Shown piece after piece: positions 55,801 through 63,700 of a stretch of 64,000 bases of DNA; position 1 is the stretch's first letter, and the number at the start of each line of letters is the position of its first letter. The stretch covers positions 1,769 through 65,768 of the forward strand of contig JAXDQU010000033.1 in assembly GCA_034667685.1 (NCBI GenBank). Direction: 5' to 3'. This DNA comes from Thermoplasmata archaeon (lineage in GTDB: Archaea; Thermoplasmatota; SW-10-69-26; JACQPN01; JAJPHT01). The translations under genes were made by a program, and so were the position numbers. The notes below the pieces were generated by a model. That model worked only from the letters and a program-made list of their open reading frames with translations, was not told where the DNA came from and searched no databases.

Positions 55801-56596
55801 CGCGACCGCCACGAGCCAGTACGACGCGATGGCGAAGGCGCTCGACGTCGTCGTCAAGATCCGGCCCAAGGTCGAGGTGCACCTCCCGGCGCTCGCCGTG
55901 CGCGGCTTCAGCGTCGCGGGCGACGTCACCCTGCTCGACGACAAGGGGCAGCCGCTCCGGAACGCCAGCTTCGCCTACGCGCTGGGCAAGGGCGCCTCGC
56001 CCCTCTTCGGCCTCACCGACGCGGAAGGGCGCGCGACGCTCGCCTCGGTGACTCCCCTTTCGGGCGACGCATCGTTCGCCATCACCGTGCGCGGCGCGGG
56101 CGACGTCCTGGGCACCGAGTACCGCAGCCAGGCCATGACCGTCGTGGGCCCGAGCACGCCGCTCGCGTACGCCACGATCCTCGTCATCGTCCTCGTCGTC
56201 CTCCTCGTCATCGCGGCCGTGGTCGTGCTCGCGATCCTGCGCCGCCGCCAGCTGGGCGAGGCGCGCGAGATCCTGCAGGAGGCGATCGCCGAATTGCTCG
56301 CGGGCAACGAGTACCAGGGCGTCATCTTCCTGGCGTACCGGCGCTTCAGCGCGCACCTCGCCCGCTACGGCTACGCCGAGAAGGAGAGCCAGACGCCGCG
56401 CGAGTTCGCGGGCTCCGTCCGGAAAGCGTTGCCCGTGGGCGCCGTCGCGCTGCGCGAGCTGATCCGCCTCTTCGAGGAGGCGCGCTACTCCGACCACGCC
56501 ATCGGCACCGAGGAGCGCGACCAGGCCGTCGCCTCGCTCGCCGCCGTGCGCAACGAGCTCGACGGCCTCCTGGGCCGCAAGGCGGTGAACGGATGA
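49823..56596 (+). CDS. Surface protein 4 (2,257 aa): N-terminal TM anchor, thrombospondin-type-3-like Ca-binding repeats, Ig/carboxypeptidase-regulatory-like repeats, TM helix, cytoplasmic DUF4129-like tail
   Basis: N-terminal RRLARGAVPIVVGIVLLILVAGVALAALV. At least 12 DxDxDGxxDxxE loops. Recurrent G[IV][PAS]DGW motif. Seven or more units like TGRLVAAG...TDDNGRFSF and GSLVDDQGHPL...ARNGTFLV. TM span ILVIVLVVLLVIAAVVVLAILRRRQ. Tail has QTPREFAGSV...LIRLFEEARYSDH (DUF4129-like). Confidence 0.85.
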   Translation: MMERLLKLLPQGLSRRLARGAVPIVVGIVLLILVAGVALAALVSPGTLGLSAARVAETRQLPDTFQGAGLATTDSDHDGLPDALENYLYGTDPGQWNSSGFGIPDGWLAQYGYDPLSPVTKDARGAAPPADALAQLPAYANGYPDSYRPPLLDYYDHGKPAGYQPGQDAPWWSKATGVDPTQWDQAHTGIPTGWLLHYGLDPLHTNPDAVAPGAKGNLTVREAFTHNTDPLALDSDLDGLSDWTEIHVTRTDPAKFSTAGTGIADGWALHFALNPFDANAGSQDPDRDGLTNLEEFVYSYNAFRGLVTQQGLPVLYAKGLDPTNAQTAGTGIPDGWYVKYNLSPFGEDVDRIIANASDWPLARDLPPAAAGPRASCTEVATNPPALGQPIPDCAMTIKDAYLYNRPPSWNETKDGVWWGGTNPATGDTDGDGVPDAIEIRGWYANETLDTGPDAKPRTYLAHGNPLQSDSDGDGLTDREEYLGQTTCGAAGPNVVPRAFPPTNPLNRDTAFSGLTDLEKVCGVVRGDAKYDITGTAGSLDPTKADSAGDLMKDGPRLEFWAQRFDAYRVSPLYPYNGSAYKTLFDWTKLYHRFDGMSEEQVVAQLRPDGDVDGDGIPNVLDSDPSGGLFAQGDPGAAKTKVYFDAGPKMDPSLYKLTEFASSFPRPATDPANPDTDGDGLPDAWEIRYGTFDPAIHAAGQQGGWNLDPSRADSDGNGVADDKENLDGDVVPWYSYDASARASHSYSFTVKDEYVAGTDPNKLSTTGDGVSDGWKAFWGSRIDAETFPSLLSANDPRIGDSILNHPARRAEIEKAMLSSPIQPLAKLSCDAGGCKETGYVRFACDAADPSQLDITCDPLPAGAGQDRCAALAAAVVLDPTREQKDVNGCLDGPNLKGVATKILPIEGVSRLTYADEQRLRTNPFLADTDGDGAPDAYEAYMLGLAKARNPVSTFPDPANPETGDRADPDKDGLSLADECHAADGACAQFTFSFPDANGLPKPYGAGSDPNLADTDGDGIEDGIEVAAGTVNPLVPKDVDDFRNALKDSDWDGVPDYLELTGFGKTQYNFDSNVKTDPQRASTAGNGLLDGPDRFSTQVPTAVAAQWNATGIAHKTLANGTVEFYGAGTFHSVCGCLPTVLDSSGTGIPDGWYAYYLRSPTEGTPPVAQYALHRPSWWDESRMGVWWWGAPAAATSAPTDLNGNGLNDNNGEDPFPSLANGTLVTAQGTLRSLDEARAWVLAAPTPEIMRQRAQSLGDAPGEPAFGRAQPHDGARAASQITDLVVANGTGVVVKGVPFPVTGRLVAAGAPAANRTILVSMFSPDAAKLVGAGFTDDNGRFSFQADLATGQTVTIPAGRVLLGETSGAALLPFDPASVGAGAATGGIPNQIVVWTYNTSIALPHPTAFSAAAPVNVTVHSDTVLDTTVNPVAENGQTLVGDVRLADKGGGALQEPINVTWSGAPGAAPLKLARETDRAGHVNLTNLNLPISVRQPGVYRLGATFASTDPNLNSSALAFDIDVRSPATLSVALSAPGGTVGDVLGVTGSLATRDVRLVDGSLVPGAPVPGVTVHVLLGALDQPVTTDANGNFSVSFPIPATLAAGPQSVLARFGGDELTGAAEGSAPLAVKRTAQIVDLTTLAGPRSLTSTLAGRLVDNAGDGILGTLSARGAKGFLGSVDTDDTGAFRLDVPLGALPLGLSSVNVTYPGDRDHGEAQNLTTARVTSATRLVLAPLPSSLVRGQPLAISARLLDDQDAPVAQQAVTVAWRGEKVGTTVTDAQGRLAFQIPTNLTERPTLADVGLVFAPRATSVYQGAIAAGRVQVLQGASLSLDPQRVSRGFVAATGSLVDDQGHPLAAAPVTLRVGGLDFGETRTARNGTFLVERPLPPAIGLGDITALASFPGEAGVASANATATWGVRSPLSLELTSLAPLVRGETAPLEGTLVDDQGRPVDATLAMSLAGQPVGTLVAHAGKLSGGVAVPADLARGEATLWINATATSQYDAMAKALDVVVKIRPKVEVHLPALAVRGFSVAGDVTLLDDKGQPLRNASFAYALGKGASPLFGLTDAEGRATLASVTPLSGDASFAITVRGAGDVLGTEYRSQAMTVVGPSTPLAYATILVIVLVVLLVIAAVVVLAILRRRQLGEAREILQEAIAELLAGNEYQGVIFLAYRRFSAHLARYGYAEKESQTPREFAGSVRKALPVGAVALRELIRLFEEARYSDHAIGTEERDQAVASLAAVRNELDGLLGRKAVNG
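50042..52995 (+). repeat. Array of thrombospondin-type-3-like calcium-binding loops (DxDxDGxxDxxE) with interspersed GIPDGW motifs
   Basis: Examples: DSDHDGLPDALE (50042), DSDLDGLSDWTE, DPDRDGLTNLEE, DTDGDGVPDAIE, DSDGDGLTDREE, DTDGDGLPDAWE, DSDGNGVADDKE, DTDGDGAPDAYE, DPDKDGLSLADE, DTDGDGIEDGIE, DSDWDGVPDYLE. Confidence 0.75.
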
Positions 56597-57816
56597 AGCT
56601 CCTCCAAGACCCCAAGCCGCGCGGCTGGCTCGCCGTGGGCCTCGTCGCCGCGCTCGCGCTGATCGTGCTATCCCCGTTCGTGCTCTTCCCCGCCCAGCGC
56701 CATCTCTCGGCCTACGCCGAGGGCGCCGAGGACGCCTCGCACGTGCGCGGCGAGCTCTCCGCCTGGACGACGCGCGACGTGCTGACCACGCCCTCTTTGC
56801 TATCCGGCGTCAAGGACCCAGGCAAGACGCTCCTCCTGGTCATGGGCGCCGAGCGCCGCTACGACGCCTCCGAGGCGGAGGCCATCGTCTCCTTCCTGCG
56901 CGCCGGCGGGCACGTCATCCTCGCCGACGAGGGCGGCTTCGGCACCGCCGTCGCGCGAGAGGCGGGCTTCGCCTTCGACAACAGCCGCGTGCTCGACAGC
57001 AGCAACTACCACGGCGACCCCAAGCTCGTCGTCGCCAACAGCACGCTCGCGGGCCGCACGTACCGCATCCTCTTCAACGCGCCCACCGCCATCGTGGCGC
57101 TCCCCGACGCGACCGGCCTCGCGCCGCAGGTCCTCGCGCGCTCCACCGCCGCGGCCGCGTTCCCGGAGAGCAGCTACCGCGACCTCAAGGGCAACGGCCA
57201 GATCGACATCGCCGACCCCACGGGGCCCTTCGACCTCGTCGTGCGCACCGACCGCCTGGGCGGCACGCTCGTCCTCGTCGCCGACACCGGCCTCTTCATG
57301 AACGGGCAGGTGGACCTCGGCGAGTTCGAGAACGGCGCCTACGTCCGCGCGCTCGTGAATGACATCCTTCCTCGGGACGGCACGATCCTGATCGACGAGA
57401 GCCGCCACGCGCCGCACCCCGGCCTCGCGCCGCTCGACGACGCCGCGCGCGCCCTGGGCCGCGTCACGAGCGGCGACCTCGTCACCTACGCGGCCGTCGC
57501 GCTCCTCGTCCTCGCGGCCGCGGTCGCCGTCGCGATGACGCGCGCCACCGAGGACTGGAGCCACCACGATCACACCGTCGACCACGTCGTCGCGGCGCCC
57601 GAGTCGCTGCGGCCCGACCTGGAAAGAGCGCAGCGTCTCGCACGCCGCCGCATCAGCGAAAAGCATAATATCCCCATGGAGCAGGTGGCGGCGATGAGCG
57701 CCGAGCAGCTCTTGGCGGTCTGCGGCGATGCGATGCTCGCCAACGCCGCCGCCGGAACGCTGCGCGCCGACCCTTCTCCCCTCTTCCGATCCTACGCAGC
57801 TGAGGCAATCCCATGA
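56593..57816 (+). CDS. DUF4350-like membrane protein (407 aa)
   Basis: ATG 56593 overlaps the upstream TGA (ATGA). N-terminal TM GWLAVGLVAALALIVLSPFVLF. Motif KTLLLVMGAERRYDASEAEAIVSFLRAGGHVILADEGG is typical of DUF4350. Second TM LVTYAAVALLVLAAAVAVAM. Confidence 0.75.
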   Translation: MKLLQDPKPRGWLAVGLVAALALIVLSPFVLFPAQRHLSAYAEGAEDASHVRGELSAWTTRDVLTTPSLLSGVKDPGKTLLLVMGAERRYDASEAEAIVSFLRAGGHVILADEGGFGTAVAREAGFAFDNSRVLDSSNYHGDPKLVVANSTLAGRTYRILFNAPTAIVALPDATGLAPQVLARSTAAAAFPESSYRDLKGNGQIDIADPTGPFDLVVRTDRLGGTLVLVADTGLFMNGQVDLGEFENGAYVRALVNDILPRDGTILIDESRHAPHPGLAPLDDAARALGRVTSGDLVTYAAVALLVLAAAVAVAMTRATEDWSHHDHTVDHVVAAPESLRPDLERAQRLARRRISEKHNIPMEQVAAMSAEQLLAVCGDAMLANAAAGTLRADPSPLFRSYAAEAIP

Positions 57817-58850
57817 CCCCGCCCGAGACGACGACCCGCATCACGCCCACGGCCGCGAGCGCCACGCTCACCGGGCCGCCGCGCGACCCCAAGATCCGCG
57901 AGGCCATCCGCCAGGTCGGCGTGGCGGGCACCGCGCTCACCGACGAAGTCGGCCGGGTGATCGTGGGCAAGAAGGACCAGCTCAAGCTCGTCGTGCTCGC
58001 CATCTTCACGGAAGGCAGCCACGTCCTCCTGGAGGACATGCCGGGCCTGGGCAAGTCCGTCCTCGCCGCGGCCCTCGCCCGCGCGAGCGGCTGCGACTTC
58101 AAGCGCGTGCAGTTCACGCCCGACCTGCTGCCCTCTGACATCAACGGCACGTTCATCCTCAACCAGCGGACGCACGAGTTCGACTTCCGCCCCGGGCCGA
58201 TCTTCACGAACTACCTGCTCGCGGACGAGATCAACCGCGCCTCGCCCAAGACGCAGTCCGCCATGCTCGAGGCGATGGCCGAGAAGCAGGTGACGGTGGA
58301 AGGCTACACGCAGAAGCTTCCGAAGCCCTTCGTCGTCATGGCGACGCAGAACCCCGTCGAGCAGGCCGGCACGTACCCGCTGCCGGAGGCGCAGATGGAC
58401 CGCTTCGCGATGAAGCTCAGCATGGGCTATCCTTCCCTGGAGGAGGAGGCGGAGATCCTGATCCGCCGCGCCAAGCGTGGCAAGGACGACTTCGACGTCA
58501 AGCCCGTGAGCAGCGCCGAGCAGATCGTGGCGATGCAGAAGGCGATCGAGAACGTGTACGTCTCGGACGAGCTGATCCGCTACATCGCGACGCTCATCGA
58601 CGCCACGCGCAAGCACCCGCAGCTCGTGGCCGGCTCGTCGCCGCGCGGCACGCAGAACCTGTTCAAGCTGGCGCGCGGCTGGGCCGCGATCCACGGCCGC
58701 GACTACGTGGTGCCCGATGACATCAAGCGCCTGATGGTGCCCGTGCTGGCGCACCGCGTGATCCTGAAGCCGGAGCCCCGCATCAAGGGCGTGAAGGCGC
58801 AGGACATCATGCAGCAGATCCTCGACAACACGCCCGTGCCCAAGGTCTGA
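57813..58850 (+). CDS. moxR: MoxR-family AAA+ ATPase
   Basis: ATG overlaps the upstream TGA (ATGA). Walker A PGLGKS, Walker B LLADEINRA, ATQNPVEQAGTYPLPEAQMDRF, SPRG sensor region. 345 aa, typical MoxR (AAA_3) size. Confidence 0.95.
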   Translation: MTPPETTTRITPTAASATLTGPPRDPKIREAIRQVGVAGTALTDEVGRVIVGKKDQLKLVVLAIFTEGSHVLLEDMPGLGKSVLAAALARASGCDFKRVQFTPDLLPSDINGTFILNQRTHEFDFRPGPIFTNYLLADEINRASPKTQSAMLEAMAEKQVTVEGYTQKLPKPFVVMATQNPVEQAGTYPLPEAQMDRFAMKLSMGYPSLEEEAEILIRRAKRGKDDFDVKPVSSAEQIVAMQKAIENVYVSDELIRYIATLIDATRKHPQLVAGSSPRGTQNLFKLARGWAAIHGRDYVVPDDIKRLMVPVLAHRVILKPEPRIKGVKAQDIMQQILDNTPVPKV

Positions 58851-58852
58851 AC

Positions 58853-60100
58853 ATGTGGACGCGCAAGTCGACGCTGCTCGTGGGGGTCGGCCTCCTGGCC
58901 CTCCTCCTGGGCATCGCGGGGAAGAGCCCCGCCGCCCTCGCCGCCGGCAGCGTCGCGCTCGCGTTCGTCCTGGTCAACCGCGCGCTCTTCCGCGGCACGG
59001 AGGACGTGCGCGCCACGCGCAGGCTCGACCTGCAGCGCGTCTACGAGGGCGAGACGACGCAGGTGCGCGTCGAGGTGGAGAACCCGAGCAAGCGCCTTCT
59101 CTTCCTGGAGGTGCGCGACCGCCTTCCGCGCCAGCTCAAGGTCGCGGCGGGCGCGTCGTACGACTTCGTGGCGCTTCCCGGCGGGGCGCGCGATGACGTG
59201 ACCTACACGGTGCAGGCGCCGCTCCTGGGCGTCTACGAGGTGGGCCCCACCGACCTGCGCCTGGAGGATCCCTTCGGCCTCTTCTACGAGGAGCGCGCGG
59301 TCGAGGGCAGCAACACCTTCTGGGTCCTGCCGCGCCACGAGGACCTCCGCAAGGCCGCGCTGCTCTCGAACCTCCCGATGCCGCTGATGGGGGAGCACCA
59401 GGTCAACCGGCCCGGCGACGGCTTCGACTTCTTCGCGCTGCGCGAGTACGTGCCCGGCGACACGATGCGCGCCATCAACTGGAAGGCCAGCGCGCGCTCG
59501 GGCAAGATGATGGTCAACCAGATGATGCGCACCACCGCGGCCGAGGTCGCCGTCTTCATCGACGCGCGCGCCGTCACCGCGATGGGCAAGGAGGCGCAGA
59601 GCGGCCGCGTGCTCACCGCGCGCGCCGCGGCCAGCATGATCGAGCTGGTCTTCGCGCGCAAGGACCAGCCGCGCGTCATCCTCTACGGCGAGGGCGTGCG
59701 CGAGATCGAGCCGCAGCCCGCCGACCGCATGGTGCCGCTCCTCCTGGAGACGCTCGCGGAGCTGGTGCCCGCCGGCAGTGTGCCGCTGCGCCACGCCGTC
59801 TCCCAGACGCTCCCGTCGCTCAAGCCCCGCACGCCGGTCATCCTCGTCTCGCCCATGCTCGACGATGGCACCGTGGCGGAGGCGGCCAGCATCCTGCTCG
59901 CCAACGACATGCTCCTGGCCGCGGTCTCGCCGCGCCCCGAGAGCCTGCCCGGCCTTCCGGCGGACTTCGCCGCGGCGCTCATGAAGGAGCGCGCGCAGGC
60001 GCTCAACGAGCTGCGCGGCTACGGCGCCATCGTCATCGACCTGGAGCCGGGCGCGAGCCTGGCCGCGACGATGGAGAAGGGGAGGCTGCTCGTGGCATGA
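58853..60100 (+). CDS. DUF58 family protein (vWA-fold partner of MoxR)
   Basis: Starts 2 nt after the moxR stop. Two N-terminal hydrophobic helices. Signature FDFFALREYVPGDTMRAINWKASAR. Confidence 0.9.
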   Translation: MWTRKSTLLVGVGLLALLLGIAGKSPAALAAGSVALAFVLVNRALFRGTEDVRATRRLDLQRVYEGETTQVRVEVENPSKRLLFLEVRDRLPRQLKVAAGASYDFVALPGGARDDVTYTVQAPLLGVYEVGPTDLRLEDPFGLFYEERAVEGSNTFWVLPRHEDLRKAALLSNLPMPLMGEHQVNRPGDGFDFFALREYVPGDTMRAINWKASARSGKMMVNQMMRTTAAEVAVFIDARAVTAMGKEAQSGRVLTARAAASMIELVFARKDQPRVILYGEGVREIEPQPADRMVPLLLETLAELVPAGSVPLRHAVSQTLPSLKPRTPVILVSPMLDDGTVAEAASILLANDMLLAAVSPRPESLPGLPADFAAALMKERAQALNELRGYGAIVIDLEPGASLAATMEKGRLLVA

Positions 60101-60777
60101 CGAAGCCCTTCCCCCACGAGCGGCGCCTGCAGCGCTTCGCGTTCGCCGCGCTCGCCCTCGCCGCGATCCTCGCCCTCGTCGCCACGCGCCAGGGAGAGAT
60201 GCGTCTCTTCGGCGCCGCCGTCCCCGGCCTCGCGGCGTACGTCCTCGTGGGCGCGGGCGCCATCGCGGGCGTCGTCGCGATCCTGCGCCGCGTGCCCTGG
60301 CTGGCGCTCGCGGCCGTGGCGCTCCTCGTGCTCGCCACCGTGCCGGCCGACCTGCTATCACCCGGCCTCCCGGCCTGGGGCGTCGCGCTCGCCTTCGCCG
60401 CCGCCGCGCTCGCCTTCGCCGAGCTGGTCCACATGATGGGGCGCTACGAGGCCGCGCACCGCGCCGTGGAGCGCGACGGCCTGCCCGAGGACCACCTCAA
60501 CCGCGTCACCGACGAGGCGCTGGCCACGCTCGCCGGCCGCGCCGGCCTGGCGCTCCTCCTCGTGGGGCTCGCGCTGGGCCTGGCGTACCTTCTCGCCTTC
60601 GCGGGCCCCGCGCAGTGGCGCGACGCGCTGGAGACGACCTCGCCGCTGGGCGTCGGCCTCGCCGCGATGGCGCTCCTGGGCGCGGGCGCCCTTCTCGTCC
60701 TCTTCCGTGGCGCGCGCATGCCGTGGCGGCGCGCCCCGATCCCGCCAACCCAGGAGAATGCTCCCGATGTCGACTAG
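60097..60777 (+). CDS. Polytopic membrane protein (226 aa, about 6 hydrophobic spans), family not recognised
   Basis: ATG 60097 overlaps the DUF58 TGA (ATGA), with GGGAGG 11 nt upstream. Ala/Leu/Gly-rich spans, e.g. FAFAALALAAILALVAT and AGLALLLVGLALGLAYLLAFAG. Confidence 0.65.
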   Translation: MTKPFPHERRLQRFAFAALALAAILALVATRQGEMRLFGAAVPGLAAYVLVGAGAIAGVVAILRRVPWLALAAVALLVLATVPADLLSPGLPAWGVALAFAAAALAFAELVHMMGRYEAAHRAVERDGLPEDHLNRVTDEALATLAGRAGLALLLVGLALGLAYLLAFAGPAQWRDALETTSPLGVGLAAMALLGAGALLVLFRGARMPWRRAPIPPTQENAPDVD

Positions 60778-63700
60778 GACCGTTGCCGCCCTGCTCGTCG
60801 CTCTCGTCTCGCTCAGCGTGCTCCCCGCGGGCGCCCAGGCCCAGGGGGCGGGGACCAGCGACCTCGTCGCGACGGCGCTCGTCCTCGACAACCCCATCGT
60901 CAACAGGACGACGACCGTGGACCTCACGGTGCAGAACCTCGGCACCGCCACCAGCGGCCCCTTCACGGTCTTCTTCGGCTACGGGAAGGCCGACTCGGAC
61001 GCCGACTGCCTCACCGCCGACAACTCGGCCGACTCCAGCGACCCGACCCAGGTCGCCAACTCCGGTCCGCAGGCGTGCTATCAGCAGCAGCCCTCGGGCC
61101 TGCCCGGAGGCCAATCCGTCCACGTCACGTTCCGCTGGACGATCACGCCCGCGAAGGCGTTCCCGAACAACGGCCAGATCACGATCATGACCGAGATCGA
61201 GAACCCCTGCACGCAGCAGCAGAACACGACGGCCTGCCAGGGCACGACCGGCGTGATCGGCAGCCGGAGCCAGGGCCCCGACACGGAGACGGGGAACAAC
61301 CTGAAGGCGTTCTTCCCCTCCGTCAAGATCCCCAAGGTCCACGCGTGGCCGCTGCGCAACGCTCCGGCGCCCGAGCCGGCCAGCGCGCCCACGTTCGTGA
61401 ACCTCGACTGGCCGCGCGACCAGGTCAGCGTGCCGTGCGTCGACCCGCCGCTCGTCAACGACGTCGCGTGCGTCGCGCAGCCCGGCCACGCCATCCAGTC
61501 GGTCTACCACGTCGTCAACAGCGGCAACACCGGCGACACGATGGTGGGCTCGGTCCTCGCGATGGCGTCGCTCTACAGCGACCTGGGCTACCGCGTCACG
61601 TTCGCGCCCGCCTCCAAGTTCCTCAACCCCGGCGAGTCGGCCGACATCGTCGCGATGATCGACGTGCCCCCGCAGGCCCCCGCCGGCCAGTCGCCCAACG
61701 TGGGCACCGCCACGCCCAACATCACGCTGGTGTGGTCCTCCTCCACCGATTCCCGCGTCCGCAGCGACGACGCGGGCAACACGGCGCAGGACTGCCCGTC
61801 CACGCTCGACGACGCGCGCGAGTGCCAGGCCGCCACGCTCCTGCCCTTCGTGGTGGCGACCCGGCACGGCCTCAACGTCACGACGAGCCTCAAGGACAAC
61901 TTCACGACGGTCTCCGTGGGCAACACGACCTCGTTCAGCCTGATCGCGAACAACACGGGCAACGCGCCCGACGAGTACGCGGTCACGCTCGACCGCGCGC
62001 TGAGCACGATCAACGACTCGTGGCTGCGCCCCGGCTCGCTCCCCGCGCCGCGCACGCTCCAGGCCGGCGAGGTCTCCACGTTCCAGCCCACCATCGTCCC
62101 GCCCGCGAACGCGACGAAGGGATACTACACGGTGGCGTACGACGTGCAGAGCACCTCGACCGACGCGACGCTGCCCCAGAAGGTCAAGTTCACCGTGCTC
62201 CTCGACCAGTGGTACGGCCTGACCTGGCAGAACGACAACCCGCGCCAGCGCCTCGTGCCCGGCGAGAGCGCCTCGTTCCGCATGAGCGTCGCCAACCCCG
62301 GCAACGGCCCGGAGAACCTGACGGTGGGCGTGCAGAACCAGCCCAACGGATGGTTCTGGTCGATCTCCAGCACGACGATCGCGCTGGGTCCCCACGGCCT
62401 GGGCAACGACACGGCCGTCTTCTTCCTCAACACGACGATCCCGCCCAACGTCCCCGCCGGCGCGGCGGCGACCTTCTTCGTGAACGTCACGTCCAACGAC
62501 CCGGCCAACCAGCCCGCGCTGCGCCCCGCGCCCGCGAGCCTGGAGGACGAGGTGGACGTGATCGCGGGCCCCAACGCCGAGCTGAGCGCCGGCGTCACCG
62601 AGCAGTTCGTCGACCCGGGCAACACGACGACCTACCGCGTCCACGTGCGCAACGTGGGCAACGAGGCGAGCAACTTCAGCGTCGTCGCGCGCTCCTCCAG
62701 CGGCGTCTGGGGCGCGAGCGTCGACCCGGGCTATCTCGTGCTCGTGCCGGTCAACTCGCCCACCGGCTTCGCGGAGGGCGACGTCACGCTCACGCTGCGC
62801 GCGCCCGCGGGCGTGCGGGTGGGCGACCCCGAGTCGATCGACCACGTGACCGTGACGCTGACGCCCTCGACGGACGACGGGCGCGCGCGCAGCCTCGTGC
62901 TCGACGGGCGCCTCTCCGGCCCCGACCTCACCGTCGCGCGCGTCGACGCCAACACCACGACGCCCTACGGCGGCGACCCCCTCGGCCTCACGGTGCGCGT
63001 GGGCAACGTCGGCAACCGCCAGCCCGCGGCGGCGGTCACGCTCAGCGTCGTCGCCATCGACGCCACGGGCGGCCGGACGCTCATCGGCAACGTCACGCTC
63101 CTTCCCACCGACCTGCGCCCGGGCGGCGTGCACGACGTGCGGGTGCCCTGGGACACGACGGGCGTCGAGGGCGCGCAGGTGATCCAGGCGACGATCGACC
63201 CCGCCAACGCGATCCCCGAGATCGACGAGACCAACGACCAGGCCTCGCTCTCGCTGGTGCTCCGCACCGCCAACGCGATCCGCCTCGTGCCTCCGCAGGA
63301 CGGCCTCTCGGGCCACCCGGGCGAGCGCGTCTCGTACGACGCCTCGCCGGACGTCTTCCAGATCCAGTACACCGGCAACCAGCCCTCCGAGCCCGTGCGC
63401 GTCGAGATCCTCAGCGAGCACGGCTGGGTCGCGGCGGACAAGGCCGTCATCAACCTCGACCTGCCGCACCTCGCGACGCTCCCCATCCCGGTCGACCTCA
63501 CGATCCCCACGCTGCCCGGCACGAGCACCGACCGGCTGACGCTGCGCGTGACGCCCGTGTACCGCCCCAACGCGCCCGTCACGGCCGCCATCACGACCGG
63601 CGTGCTCGACGACGCGCCTCCCCAGATCCAGGGCGTCACCGTCGACCCGCCCGCGATCAAGCTGGGCCAGAACGCGACGATCTACGCCACGGTGGTCGAC

